NCBI GenBank assembly: GCA_951406725.2
Contig: OX597833.1
Span: 42,036,001 to 42,100,000 of the forward strand
Origin: Octopus vulgaris
Taxonomy: Eukaryota
Direction: 5' to 3'
Length of the DNA: 64,000 nucleotides
The notes beneath the pieces were generated by a model. The model was not told the DNA's origin. It saw nothing but the letters and a program-made list of their open reading frames with translations, and did not search any database. A program made the position numbers and the translations under genes. Positions 1 to 13,487 of the stretch are shown here, one piece after another (the stretch's first letter is position 1; each line of letters opens with the position of its first letter).

Positions 1-217
1 GCCAGCACCGCCTTGACTGGCTTCTGTGCCAGTGGCAAGTAAAAAGCACCAACAAATCGTGGCTGCTGCTAGCCTCCCCTGGCACGTAAAAAGCACCCAC
101 TACACTTATGGAGTGGATGGCATTAGGAAGGGCAGCCTCCTGGCTTCCCAGACCCTGGTCGAACTGTCCAACCCGTGCTAGCACAGAAAACGGACGTTAA
201 ACGATGATGATGATGAT
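1..217 (+). mobile_element. Family A retroposon (SINE-like/RTE 3' end, (GAT)n tail), partial
   Basis: ggcacgtaaaaagcacc units, ggcattaggaagggca core, aacccgtgctagca...ggacgttaaacgatgatg tail, shared with many copies in the window. Confidence 0.85.
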
Positions 218-412
218 GTACAATCACTAAAGAGGTAATCTTTTCCCTTGCAAGACCAAACCAAAGAGTCCTCTCTATATTCATTCATTTACCAACACTA
301 TAGAGTTATTTTATTCCTTGACAGGTTTAAAAGTGAACTAGAGAGAGTGATAAAGGAGAAAGTAATGAAAGAGAACAAGAGTGCTAGAGTGATAAGGTGA
401 TAGAGGAAAAGA

Positions 413-452
<40 letters not shown>

Positions 453-819
453 ATGAGATGATTATTGATAAAGAAATTCTAAAGAAACAAAATGAGTATC
501 ATGATGAGGAATGAGAGAGTGATATGAGGAAAGTGGGCTGATAGAAGAGGTGGTACTGTTATAGATTCCACCACTTCACAAACCCATTGCTTATTCAATA
601 TGATGTTTACATTTTGAAAGTAGTGATTCATAAATCTCAACATTTTCAACACTTTTAGGTTGACAATTGTATATTGCTGTGGGATTTCCAATTTATGACA
701 TCATTATTACCTATATCTAATCCATGCCATGTCCCCTTTTCCTCATCAGTTTCCTCTGACTGTAAATGATCTAGGAAAATATTTTTGTTAAAAGTAAGAT
801 TGATATTTAAAAAGGGTAC

Positions 820-1157
820 TCGGCTAACTGGCCTCCATGCCAGTGGCACGTAAAAGGCACCATTCAAGCGTGATCGTTACCAGCATCGCCTTACTGGCAC
901 CTGTGCCGGTGGCATGTGTAAAAAGATTCGAGCGAGGTCGTTGCCAGTACCACCTGACTGGCCTCCAAGCCGGTGGCATGTAAAAGCACCCACTTCACTC
1001 TTGGAGTGGTTGGTGTTTGGAAGGGCATCCAGCTGTAGAAACTCTGCCAGATCTAGATTGAAGCCTGGTGCAGCCATCTGGTTTGCCAGCCCTCAGTCAA
1101 AATCGTCCAACCCATGCTAGCAGGGAAGGCAGACGTTAAACGATGATGATGATGATG
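820..1157 (+). mobile_element. Family A retroposon
   Basis: Same internal units, core and GAT tail. Confidence 0.85.
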
Positions 1158-1242
1158 TGTGTATGTATGTATGTTTGTATATATGTGCTAATAATGCATG
1201 TGTGTTCATTTAATAATTTTCTTTACCGTTATATTTCCATAG

Positions 1243-1319
1243 AGCCTCACGTATTGCTGTTTCGGCGTCCAGTGCCATTACGTGAAAAACCGCAGCATGT
1301 GAACAAGCCAGGGGAGTAA
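1243..1319 (+). CDS. CKS1: Terminal coding exon of cyclin-dependent kinases regulatory subunit (CKS1/CKS2, suc1 family); earlier exons lie outside the window
   Basis: Acceptor tttccatag| then phase-1 (E)PHVLLFRRPVPLREKPQHVNKPGE*. This matches the conserved CKS C-terminal EPH(I/V)LLFRRP motif. Confidence 0.93.
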
Positions 1320-1909
1320 TGGCTGGATTCATGTTAAAATCTCCTGAAGATGTGTATATGTCACTTACTCACTCGGCTATCTTGCCACCATCACCACCAG
1401 TAGCACCAGCAGTCAGCTACCACAGAATTTCCCATTTTATTCTTTCAGGCTGAAATATATTTCTACTAGTATTTAAAATTGGAACAGAGACAGTTCCTGA
1501 TTTGATTCTAATCCAATAATAGCAACAGTATTGAATAAGTTTATTATTGTTTTTTTGTTTCGCTTTCCAAATTAACCTTCATTAGCTTGAAGTCAAGACA
1601 TCTTTGCTGGCTGCTGGTATTTTCCCTGGAAATGTTTCTTGTCATATGTTAAGTTTTTGCTAAGTGTTGTTTCACTGAATATTTTATGTTTGATCTCCAT
1701 TCCTTCTTATAAAAACTGAACAAGACAAATCATATCAACATCATACATTTTTTTTTTTATATTTCCATTTTATTTCCTTTTTTTATTTGTTCTTCTAACA
1801 CAGCTGCTCACAACCTGTGCAGCAGCATCTCCTCGGGGCATTATAAGCTCTCAAAGGGACAGCAAATGTCAAGGAGACACTAGTGTTTAGTAAAATTATA
1901 TTTCTTTGA

Positions 1910-1915
1910 AATAAA
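1910..1915 (+). promoter_or_regulatory. Candidate polyadenylation signal of the CKS gene
   Basis: AATAAA about 590 nt after the stop codon, following a U-rich, repeat-free 3' UTR-like stretch. Confidence 0.45.
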
Positions 1916-2849
1916 ATATTTAAACCTAATACAAAACTTATATTTTAAACCCCTTTTCAAAAGAAAATTTTGTGTAAGGATTAAAATATATGAACAAAAC
2001 TTTGTGTTATCAACGAGTAAGAATGTGTCTGATGATGAACCAAAGTCCAAGATAATTTTGTTACATAAGTCCTTAATTTCTTTAGTAATTTTTCAAAAAC
2101 TTTAATGTAGAGAGTACTAGCCCACATAAATATCTATAAAGAGGCAAAAGTTGGCTGCAGCAAGATGATGATGGTGGTGGTAAATGGTTCTTTGTAGACT
2201 ATGCAACTGTTAAACAATATTCAGTGACTGAGTTTTCAACCAGTAAATATATAGACGTTTCTTACCCATCAGCATGTTTTTAAGCAGATTTCTTGAATTT
2301 TTATTCTTTTATTTCACTGGTTCCAGTAATTGGGCTGTGGCCAAGCTAGAGCACTACATTCAGGGATTTTTCCGCGGTCATAGTAATTCTAGCACTTATT
2401 TTAGTCTGGCATTTATTTTATCATTTGACTCAGTTACCATTCTGACACATCACTGAAACAAGTAAAAGATAGAAGATAATACCTATGTTCTAAAGTGTTA
2501 TGCACACTCTACATTAGTGCAACTTTATCCAAATACACACATACATGCACATACCAGCCAATTTAGATATCCACCAACACCAAGAGCTGTCTTGATTTTA
2601 AACAAAGTGCCTTGCCAGTTTGTTAGTGATTGACTTGAATTCTGCGAAGAAATAAACTTAAAATAAATCCCAAAGAAAAAACATACATACATGACAAGCT
2701 TCTGCACAGTGTTTTGTCAACTAAATTTCACTCACAAAGCATTAGTCAACTCAGGGCTATGGTAGAAGACACTTTCCCATGGTGCCATTCAGTGGAATCA
2801 AGCAAATTGGAGCCATAATTATAGTATCTGAATTTTACCTGTTGGGGCA

Positions 2850-3324
2850 GGTGAAATCGAAATTGAAACAAATTTGTTGACTGGCACCCGTGCCAGTGGA
2901 GCACTAACAGCTCCATCCAAGCAGGATCACTGCCAGAGCAGCTGTCTGGCTTCCGTGCCAGTGGGCACATAAAAAGCACCTGTTGAGCATGATCGTTACC
3001 AGCATTGCCTTACTGGCACGTGAACAAAACATTCGAGCGAGGTCGTTACCAGTGCCCCTGGACTGACTCCTGTGCAGGTGGCACATAAAAAACACCATTT
3101 TCGAGTGTGGCCGTTGCCAGTACCGCCAGACTGGCCCTCGTGCCAGTGGCACGTTAAAGCACCCACTACACTCTCGGAGTGGTTGGCATTAGGAAGAGCA
3201 TCCAGCTGTAGAAACTCTGCCAGATCAGACTGGAGCCTGGTGCAGCCATCTGGTTCGCCAGTCCTCAGTCAAATCGTCCAACCCATGCTAGCATGGAAGG
3301 TGGATGTTAAACGATGATGATGAT
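2850..3324 (+). mobile_element. Family A retroposon
   Basis: Same internal units, core and GAT tail. Confidence 0.85.
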
Positions 3325-5599
3325 AGGTTGGAATGTATGGAGAAAAGTAACCCTTGTGTTATGTTGAAAATGCTTAAGAGAAATTGTAGACAAACTCTAA
3401 ATGTAAGTCCATAAACCCCACTAAAAGATAATAGAATATTATATTAGAAAAACAACTGAAAAATTTACAAATTTCGACCAGTTGCTACTACTATGGAGAG
3501 GTTGTAGAACTTCTTACATAAAGTAATATACAAGTTTATGCAGTTTGGTATTGCTGTCTTGTCAATTTTGAAGTCTTTCCTTTTGAAAAAGACAAAATTT
3601 AGTTGAAAGTTCATCACTGTCAAGAAAAATGTGTTTAGATTCATAATGAATTCCAGAAATTCTTGCCTCTTTAATGGTGATCTGGCAATAAGTGAGGAAG
3701 AATTATGATGAACTGTTCAGAACCAGCATGGGTAGTTTTGTGAGTGCTGTGCTGTGTGACTTGATAGGTTGATATATTTTGGAGACGTTGAAGAGTAGGT
3801 GTAGGTATGGCAGTGGAAAGTTAATATTGTATTTAGGTAGCTTTGGCTGTAGCAAGAAGGGGTGATTCACAGCATCCAAATAGATCCCTGCTGGCCATTT
3901 TGCTACAGAAATAGGGTAGATGGACCCCTTCTATGTAACCTTGCACTAGAAATTGAGCAGAAGGAGACAGAAAGATCTGGTGTCATTGGCATGTCTGATT
4001 TTAAATTCAATATAATCATTGATGTTCAACTTACAGTTAGGCAGTGCCAAAACAGTTGTGCCATAACATATCATACACAATTAAATCTGCCACTCAAAGA
4101 CAGGAATGGCCCTGCTGATGAGCTTCCATAATATTTCCAGATACCAAAGTTAATTCATATAAAGATTTGGTCGATCAGAGGCTATATTAGTAGACATTTG
4201 TTCAAAGCACTGTGCAATTGGATCAAATCCAAGACCATGTTTCGAAGTAAACATCTTAGCTAGCAACCAAGTCTACCACCTTCATAAGATTTTGGTTGAT
4301 TCAAAAAAGCAGTAAGGAACATTTGCCCAATGTACCGCACAGTGGGATTGAACACCAACTCATGTGTTGACAAAGCAATCTCTCTAACCACACGGCTATA
4401 TCTGTATCTGAGTTATAAGATTAGATCTGAAGCCTAAATATTTTATGAGATTATATAAGAAACCTAGTTTTTGATGAGATTATATATTAATTTATATATA
4501 TCTTTTGTTTGTTTATGATTCTACTTATTGCTATAAAGAACCACATGAATTATTAATTTTGCATAATTTTATGTAACCTCAGATAAGATAAGCAACATAC
4601 GTAAAGGATACCTTTATATATACAGATATATATATGTATGTGTGTGTGTATATATATATATACATATACACACACACGTATATATATATATATACATACA
4701 CATATACACACATACACTCACACACATACACTCACACACACACATATATATATATCTAATGTATATGTATAAGCTGATTAACTTTTTCTAAGATTATTAG
4801 TCTTAGCATAAACATTTAAAAACATTGTGTTCCTCTAATACACATATGTCAATACTTAATGATCTTTTAAGCAACCTGAAGGTGAAATTGTTCATCTTAA
4901 AAACCAGATGGTCTTGTGTTTTATGTATGTGTGAACGTATGGTGATGATATGTATAACTTGCAATAGCAGTGCGTCCTTCCTACTCATAATCTTCTGTTT
5001 TTCAAACTAAACCCTACACTACTCTTTCCTTCTACCCTGTCATTTTCGTTATTATTCTACAACACTGTCTTTTTTTTTAATCCCTCCACAACAATAAATC
5101 CATTCCTGTAGCTTCTCTCAACATCTCACCTAGAGTCATCACTCTCTCCCCTACTCTCTCTTTCAATCGTGGAGGCTGTTTGACCTTGTAAGCTACAAAG
5201 TGACCTCACTGATCCTGGTGGCATGAAGAAAAGTATTGTGAACTGAACAGAGACAACACAGGGCTGAGGAAACTCTTTAGTGTTGCTGAAGGCAAGACAA
5301 CTTCTATAATGCTGGTGCTATAAAGAATACACCTTGTACACTCTGTAAAGTAGTTGGTATTAGGAAAGATAGTCAATCATAGAAACCAAGCCAAAACTGA
5401 AACCTTTTGGATCCTGTTGATCTGTCCAACTCATGCCAGCATGGAAAATGAACATAAAAACATAAAATGATAACATATACATGCACACAAATATATGTGT
5501 TTATATGTATACACACACACACACATACACATGTAAACATGTATATAGATATACAGCAGGCCTATACAAATACATATATTTATATATATGTATTTAAAA

Positions 5600-6250
5600 T
5601 GTACCCAACGCCCAGTTGTTTATCTCAATAGCAGGAGTGAGGTGTTTAATGCTTGTCCGCATGAAAGAAAGTACATTCTATCGTACCTACGTGACCCACT
5701 ATAACTGCAACCACAGGTTCACTGCCTCGACCTTCTGCAAACGACCTTCCACCAATGCCCTTGGGCCTGGCAAAATGTGTTTGACCAAGACACACACCAA
5801 TGCACCCGTGTACACATGCACACCCCTATATAACTACCCCTACATATAAACAGACTCCCCACACACATTATACATTACTCACCGCATGCTAATGTATAAA
5901 AAAACCCACAGGTTTATCCTTTACAGAAAGAAAACAGAACAACGAACACAATACAATATATATATCTACATCCCCAGAAAATTTTATACATATGACACCA
6001 CTACACATACCACACACCCCATCCCCGCACACATTATTAATACAAACTTTCCCCACTTCAAGGTAACTCTTGCTGATTTCACAACATACCTAACTAAGGG
6101 ACATAACTCCCACCAAATCCTCAGGACCATTTTTCATTTTACGACTTTTTTACAGCAGGTGCTGACCCATTGTGCTAGTCCACCTCTGACAATAGAGAGC
6201 ATTCTCCATATTCCCTTCCATGTCAGCTACCTCTGATGAGCGTATTTATA
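5600..6250 (+). mobile_element. Penelope-like element 3' end (endonuclease C-terminus and 3' UTR)
   Basis: YLNSRSEVFNACPHERKYIL parallels VLNQRWELLNSCRHATKYKM at the end of the 46-48 kb element; ends at a ctgatgag hammerhead half-core; TA-rich flanks. Confidence 0.6.
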
Positions 6251-6859
6251 TAATTAGATTGTTACCTAACACTCCATTGTATTTTTTTGCATGAAATTGA
6301 TTGGTAAGACCAACTGTGATGTGTACTTAATATTATAAAATTCAGATTATATATATATATATAAATATATGTACATACATATATATGTACATATACATGC
6401 ATATATGGGTACAGGACATCAAAATGAGAAACGAACTTTTTTTCGAACAACGACAAAAACAAACAGAGAAACGAGACATACAACATAAAGAATATTCCCC
6501 TTCTTCAGTTGTCCCTGTTTCATCTACTCCGCATTTTGAAGGTAAGGACAAGACACGACTTCGTTGAAACAGTCGTTCCCACAAATCGAATTAAATAAAA
6601 TTTGGAATTTTTTGCAGAGAGTGAAAGTGGTAACAAGAACAGGACAGTACATATATGTATATATACGCATATTTATATATTATTTATGTTATATGATTGA
6701 ACGCCACGCATCCTTTCCCAAGTAAGTTTTTTATATATGTATTTTAAAAAATGGGGAAGTTCAATTTATGAGATTATATACGGTGCCACAGCTCATGAGC
6801 TGAAACTAGAATCAATCAATCATACATATATATTCATACATACATATATATATATATAT

Positions 6860-7435
6860 ACAAGGAGCACTCCATTGGTTATGATGATGAGGGTCCCAGC
6901 TGATACGATCAACAGAACAGTTTGCTTGTGAATTTAATGTGCAAGTAGCTGAGCACGTCACAGACATATGTACCTATTTCTTTACTACCCACAAGGGGCT
7001 AAACACAAGGGACAAACAAGGACATATAAATGGATTAAGCCGATTACATCAACCCCAGTTTGTAACTGGTACTTAATTTATCGAGCCCGAAAGGATGAAA
7101 GGCAAAGTCGACCTCAGCGGAATTTGAACGTAACAGCAGACAAAATACGACTACACATTTCGCCCAGCATGCTAACGTTTCTGCCAGCTTGCTGATTTGT
7201 ACCCTTACATATGTACCCTTAACATGGTTCTCAGGGAGATTCAGCATGACATAGAGTGTGACAAGGATGGCCCTTTTTGAAATACAGGTATTACTCATTT
7301 TTGCCAGCTGAGTGGACTGGAGCAACATGAAATAAAGTGTCATGCTCAAGGACACAACGCATCACTGAGAATTGAACTTATGATCTTACAATCGTGAATC
7401 AAATACCCTAACTATTAAGCCATGTGCCTTCACTC
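6860..7435 (-). mobile_element. tRNA-derived SINE (family D-like) interrupted by a family C SINE at about 6975-7200
   Basis: tRNA-like head near 7430; catatgtacc repeated at 6965-6974 and 7208-7217 on each side of the nested copy. Confidence 0.75.
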
Positions 7436-7474
7436 ACATACACATGCACACACACACACACGCATATATATGAC

Positions 7475-7905
7475 GGAAGATGGCAGAATCCCCAAGGGCA
7501 TATTCTAGGGGCACTACGTCTGTGGGAAGACCGTTCTTATGATACAAGGATCTTTGCAAAAGGGACATGAAGGCCTGCGACAACAACATTAGCAACTGGG
7601 AAGCAGTTGCCAGCAACCGTAGAGATTGGGGATGTACCGTAAAAGAGGGAACACAAAGGAGTGACAGAGGGAGAGAAGAGAAATGGAAAAACAGAAAAAG
7701 ACGTCAACAAGAAACTATGACATTACAACCGACCAGGCAAAGTCTTCGCTACATTTGCGGCACCTGCCAGAGGGAGTGTTTGTCCAGGATAGGACGACAC
7801 AGCCACAGCAGGAGATGTATTAGGATATGAAATGTAAAAGCCGGACTAGATTATTTTATGTGCAACTCCATTGTCTCCCAAGACAAACAGGATGCCAACA
7901 ACAAC
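7475..7905 (+). mobile_element. RTE-clade LINE 3' end
   Basis: YKDLCKRDMKAC...WEAVASNRRDW...YICGTCQRECLSRIGRHSHSRRC, then a short 3' UTR and (CAA)n tail. Confidence 0.8.
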
Positions 7906-7929
7906 ATATATATAAATATATATATATAC

Positions 7930-8412
7930 AAAATCGAAATTGAAATTGACTGGTACCCGTGCCAGTGGAGCGCTAACAGATCCAAGTGGGATCACTGCCA
8001 GAGCAACAAACTGGCTTCCATGCCTGTGGGCACGTAAAAAGCACCATCTGAGCGTGATCATTACCAGCATCGCCTTACTGGCAATTGTGCCAATGGCACG
8101 TGAACAAAACATTCAAGTGAGGCTGTTGCCAGAGACACTGGACTGACTCCTGTGCATGTGGCATGTAAAAAACACCATTTCGAGCATGGCCGTTGCCAGT
8201 ACTGCCAGACTGGCCCTCGTGCAGATGGCACGTAAAAGCACCCACTACACTCTCACAGTGGCGTTAGGAAGGGCATCCAGCTGTAGAAACTCTGTAGAAA
8301 CTCTGCCAGATCAGATTGGAGCCTGGCGCAGCCATCTAGTTCACCAATCCTCAGTCAAATCGTCCAACCCAAGCTAGCATGGAAAGTGGACGTTATAGGA
8401 TGATAATGATGA
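7930..8412 (+). mobile_element. Family A retroposon
   Basis: Same internal units, core and tail. Confidence 0.85.
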
Positions 8413-8980
8413 CATCTGAGTTTTCTGTTCACAAAAAACATTTTTACACTGAAGTTGTGTCAAAAAATAACTTAAACATATGTCTTGTGACCTTAACTGA
8501 AATTGTTTTCAATGACATTAAATAGACACAAAAGAAATGTAGGATTTGTACATTAATAATAACAATACAAAAAAAGAAAAACAGAAGACAAGTGACAGTA
8601 CTTGGTACTTTATTCAGATTTGGACATTCCAACTATTAGCAGAACTAAAGACATTTGTTTTGTTTTGTTTTTTGTTTTTTTCTTTTTCTTTTTCTTTTTC
8701 TTATATGGATTAATACAAATGAGGAAAATTTATGAAAAATACATAAAAATCATTTATTAAACAATTTCAAAGAAAGACAGTAAGAAATTGTTTCTGAAAT
8801 ATATCTAGAGATGTTATGGAACTGTTTGAAAGAGTTGGAAAGCTATGCAAATTGAATATATTTCCATTGAATGTATTAAGAAATGTCAGAAATATTGGAT
8901 CAAAGTGCATTTCTAAGGATTCTTTTTTTTTTTCTTGTTTATATATACATATATATATATAGACACACACACACACACAC

Positions 8981-9019
<39 letters not shown>

Positions 9020-9178
9020 TAATCAACAAAAGCAAATTGCTATAACCAATGTATTAAAGAATTTTTAAGACGTAACTGAGCTAGTGTTGTGTTTCACAAA
9101 CCATGGAAACAATTTAACAACTAACTGTTAATAATTGCTCTAAAATCTTTATATATATATATATTATATTATATTTAC

Positions 9179-9235
<57 letters not shown>

Positions 9236-10099
9236 CACAACACGCAAAGAGCTTATTGGTGCTGATGACAGCAATACACAAAGCCTACCCTCACTCTTTT
9301 CTTTCATTCAAATTCTTCTCTGGTATTCCAATCTACAATCCCAGCTGAACAATATAGCATTATGTTGTAAAAATACTATCAACCTACTGATGATAAGGCT
9401 TTGCTGTCAGGAACGTTTAATAGTTTGTCAATGGATTTTATTTGTATTCTGTGTACATTTGCATGTGTGTTGGAGTGTTTTAATTTCATTGTTTAGATCC
9501 CCTGGAGCTAACCAGTCTCGTTAATGATGTTGAAAGAAATCTGTAATAAATAAAACAAAAATATATAATAATAAGGAATTATTTTAATAACTTTTTAAAA
9601 GAATAAACTGCAAATATTTAATAAATGTGGTTTAATATGATTTTACACAGACTATTAATTTCATCTTTTCAACTGGCTTGGGATAATAAAAATTAATACC
9701 AAAATATAATGATATACCTCATATTTGTTTTGACAAATCAATGTTCAATTTACTTGATCAATGAAATTATTTATCATTATATTATAGTCTTAGTACCTGA
9801 GTATTCCAATAAGTGCTTATACCTTTGATTATAATACTCAAGCAGACCTAGAATGACAGTGTGTGTGGGAAGAAGAGACAAAGCTGGGTACTCGAGTTCC
9901 AGGTACTAAAGATACTGTCCATCTAATAGGCCTCTGTAAGGTTCCTGTCCACCTTAGCTCACTCATGGAACTTGGTTTGAAATAAGGCTTTGATATAAGA
10001 CATCTGTCTAAGGTGTTGTGTGGTGGTGGTGGTGGTGGTGGTGGTGAGGTTGAACTTGGATCTTCATGATTAAGAAGTAACTTCTTGACCACTAAGCTA

Positions 10100-10476
10100 T
10101 ACTCTTTTTTACTTGTTTCAGTCATTTGACTGCGGCCATGCTGGAGCACCGCCTTTAGTCGAGCAAATCGACCTCAGGACTTATTCTTTGTAAGCCCAGT
10201 ACTTATTCTATCGGTCTCTTTTGCCGAACCGCTAAGTGACGGGGAAGTAAACACACCAGCATCGGTTGTCAAGCAATGCTAGGGGGACAAACACACACAT
10301 AAACATATATACGACAGGCTTCTTTCAGTTTCCACCTACCAAATCCACTCACAAGGCATTGGTCGGCCCGGGGCTATAGCAGAAGACACTTGCCCAAGAT
10401 GCCACGCAGTGGGACTGAACCCGGAACCATGTGGTTGGTTAGCAAGCTACTTACCACACAGCCACACCTGCGCCTA
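10100..10476 (-). mobile_element. Family B tRNA-derived SINE (CORE-like)
   Basis: Head ggcgcagg(a/t)gtggctgtgtggtaag with B-box-like gggttcagtccc; cttgggcaagtg; tail gactgaaacaagtaaaa. Confidence 0.85.
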
Positions 10477-12230
10477 TATATTTAGAAATCTTAACCACTT
10501 ACATTACACACACACACAAACAGGGACACCAAATCCGAGTCCTTTATAGATCCCACATATCCATTGCAACTGTTATTGGCTACTAATTCTTAAAACAATC
10601 AATTCCATCACAACTGTGACCTTACTCACTATGCACATATGTAGATAGAAATAAGTACAATAGGTGAAGTTAGCAGACCATTAAAGAGCAAATGTCATAA
10701 AACAAGACAACCACATTTTATATACCTTAAATTGTCAGAGATACACTCATAAACTGAGACTAATATATTTCATATACTTTAAGATGATACAACCCCTTTC
10801 AACATCCTTAAAGACAGCCACTCTCTGGGTATTTTAAATTCCGGTAGCCATACTCCATATATGTTAAACTGAATTAGCAAATTACAATTTCATGAGTGAT
10901 GATAGAAGATACTTGTTTATATGACAGAAACTGATTTATTGATCAAAATTGTTGTTAGGACACCTTGTATCTTTCACAAGCCATAATGAAGAATCATTTT
11001 ACATTTTACAAACTGGCATAAATTGAAGGGGTCCATGTGATCTGACATATACAACAACAAAGAAACTTGATCAACATTATCATGTTTTTATTACAGTATA
11101 GACTGGATGCAATTTTATTGCACCACAACTACTAAAGAAGTTGTTCACAGCTTGAAAAAAAAAAATTCCTTTCTACTCTGAATCAGTTCTTATTCAGAAT
11201 CATTGCTCTCCTGGCCTGGTAACCATACAACAACTTACAAAATTTATATTTTGTTCATATGTTGCTCACTTTGTATCTAACTAATTTGTATTGTTACGAA
11301 ATGTACTATTCATTTCAAGTGAAATGAGATATTTTCAACTGGTAATCAAAACTGCCTTTGTGAACTGAAATAATGAAGATTATAACTTTAATCTGTAAAG
11401 AAATATCCAAAGACTATTCTAGTAGTCAGTTCATTATGCCTGCATTTTGGAGAGGAATTATGAGTACTGATAGCAACGTTACTTGAACTTAAGTTTGTTT
11501 GTTCTGATTTTGTAATGAATCTCAAAGCTTTATGAATAAGGACTAACATATTTGAAATTATTTTATGGCTTAGATGAGAAAATAGCACCACCCACAATCT
11601 TTTGCAGCTCTTCAAGACTGATTGTAGGAAGAATGGAATTATTTTTAAACTGGCGACCTATCCTGAATGTTACAACAAACTATACTCAGCTAAAAGATAT
11701 GATACTAAAGATAAAAATGTATGACTCAGATAGTGGTGCTACATATCTTTAGTAAGCATATGCTTATATTGAAACTAGAGATATGAATATATAACCCAGG
11801 GAGTGGTGGTATGCCAGACAACAAATTAAGTTTGCTACCCAAGAACAGAAACAATCCCCCTAAAAGGATTCCATACAGTTTCTGTTCACTAAGCTTCACT
11901 TGAAAGGTTTTGGTCAGTCTGAATTTATAGTAGAAGATGCCTGAGGTACTACACTGTGAGAGCAAACTTGATACCGTATGGCAATGATTAAAATAAACAG
12001 AATAGATGGGAGCAGCAATCTGAAAAGTTTTGTTATCAAATTGTTGAAATATCTGAGACATTGACAGAAGAATTCTTTCACAATTAACTTACTAATCTTT
12101 TATGTATTTAAGTTTGAACGGTAAGGACAATATACCTTATTCTAATGGGAAAATGTTTAGTGAGTTATTCTTCAATTATCTGCCTTCATCTTTCAACTTG
12201 AGTAGAAAAACTTCACAATAAAAACAATTG

Positions 12231-12449
12231 TATGAGGGGATGCTAAGGTCCTGACTTTGGACCAATGAAAATACAGGAGGATGAGTTAATTATGATTTTA
12301 TTCAACATATTCCCCTCTCAGATCCATACACTTATTGCAGTTGTTCTTAAGTTTTTCTAAGCCCTATAAAAGAAATCTGAAGTTTGCGTCTCCAACCAGG
12401 AACTTTCGTGATACCCTTAAAGCTAAGAACTTTTCAGCATTGCCTCATA
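12231..12449. mobile_element. Mariner-derived MITE
   Basis: Imperfect inverted ends tatgaggggatgct / agcattgcctcata with TA at both ends. Confidence 0.6.
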
Positions 12450-12559
12450 GCAGCAACAATTTTAAAACAACAATGACAAAAGTGAATACTATACTCAATA
12501 TATATCTGTTCAAAAAGTGAATTCGAGCACTTCAGTATGTCTAACTTAAGTAAATTCAT

Positions 12560-12649
12560 CTGAAAGAGGCAATATTTAACAGAAGTATATAACAAAATAA
12601 ATTAAAAATTTTAAAGAATTAAAAACAAAACAAAATCTTTCAAACTTAC
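12560..12649 (-). other. Candidate 90-nt 3' UTR intron of the Ig gene
   Basis: Donor |gtaagt 4 nt after the TAA; acceptor ttgcctctttcag| at 12560. Confidence 0.6.
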
Positions 12650-12653
12650 ATAT

Positions 12654-12733
12654 TTAACTTTTCATCACAGAATATACCATATTTGCAGCAACTAAAAGTA
12701 CCAGCATCATATCCATTCGAGGTAGACTGGATC
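12654..12733 (-). CDS. Single-Ig gene, coding exon 5 (GPI-anchor-signal-like tail and stop)
   Basis: Phase-1 acceptor tgtttttgcag|; encodes (G)SSLPRMDMMLVLLVAANMVYSVMKS*; small residues N-G-S-S, short spacer, hydrophobic end, no cytoplasmic tail. Confidence 0.85.
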
Positions 12734-12921
12734 CTGCAAAAACATTTTTATTTGTCTTTATCATTTTGAAAATACAAACTGTTATTTCTAATTTGTGTCC
12801 CATACCTAGTAATCATTATGTTCACAATACATCAAGAGATACAGCATTTCTATTTTTTTCATTTTACAATAGGAATTCCTAATGTAATGTAAATTTGAAT
12901 AGTGTTTAAATAAAATATTAA

Positions 12922-13122
12922 CCCTTTTGTCACCGTATTTCTGTTGAGATGCTCTCTGTCTTTCAATTAATTTTAAATATAATAAAGAATTTAGTAAAAT
13001 AACTTGGTTATCATTCAGCTAGTGTTAGGAACATAAATTGTGACTAAGATTTGGTGAATTTTAATTCAAAACTTATGGAAACAAGACATTGGTACTATAG
13101 AGCCAGATTGGTATCAAAAGAG
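12922..13122. mobile_element. piggyBac-like MITE
   Basis: TTAA on both sides; inverted ends cccttttg / caaaagag. Confidence 0.65.
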
Positions 13123-13309
13123 TTAATTATTATGATTTTGATTAGTTTAAATTAGCCAGGCTATTTTGAACACTGTATTTCATTTAATCTGATACCTGAT
13201 GATGTTAAAATAATTAATCTGATATTTCTTAAATAATTAATTATTTAAGAAATATCTGTTCTCATTAGATAGAGAATATACCATTTATTTTGTATTAGTG
13301 TCTACTCAC

Positions 13310-13487
13310 CATTGACTTTCAATGCCATTGGTCTGGAAGTTTCTGGACGTGGTGTCTTCTGAACAGTACACCTGTATATGCCAGTGTCCCAGCCACGAGG
13401 GATGGTCACATATAGGGTAGCAATTGAATTACCAGCACTGATGTGGGTGTTGATTAGGTAAGATCTTCTTGACATATCATTATCCAC
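13310..13487 (-). CDS. Single-Ig gene, coding exon 4 (second half of Ig domain)
   Basis: Phase-0 acceptor attattcag|; encodes VDNDMSRRSYLINTHISAGNSIATLYVTIPRGWDTGIYRCTVQKTPRPETSRPMALKVN(G); ATLYV E-strand and DxGxYxC F-strand motif; donor G|gtgagt. Confidence 0.92.

Noticed and set aside
479-867. Two 70-aa minus ORFs inside the CKS intron
   Set aside because: No recognisable motif or splice support; partly repeat-derived.
3460-3860. Possible ancient Penelope RT relic (also 17800-18150)
   Set aside because: Too decayed to support by eye.
6495-6545. Permuted hammerhead in a TA-embedded repeat
   Set aside because: CTGAAGA is present but the GAAAC half reads caaaat; too degenerate to call.
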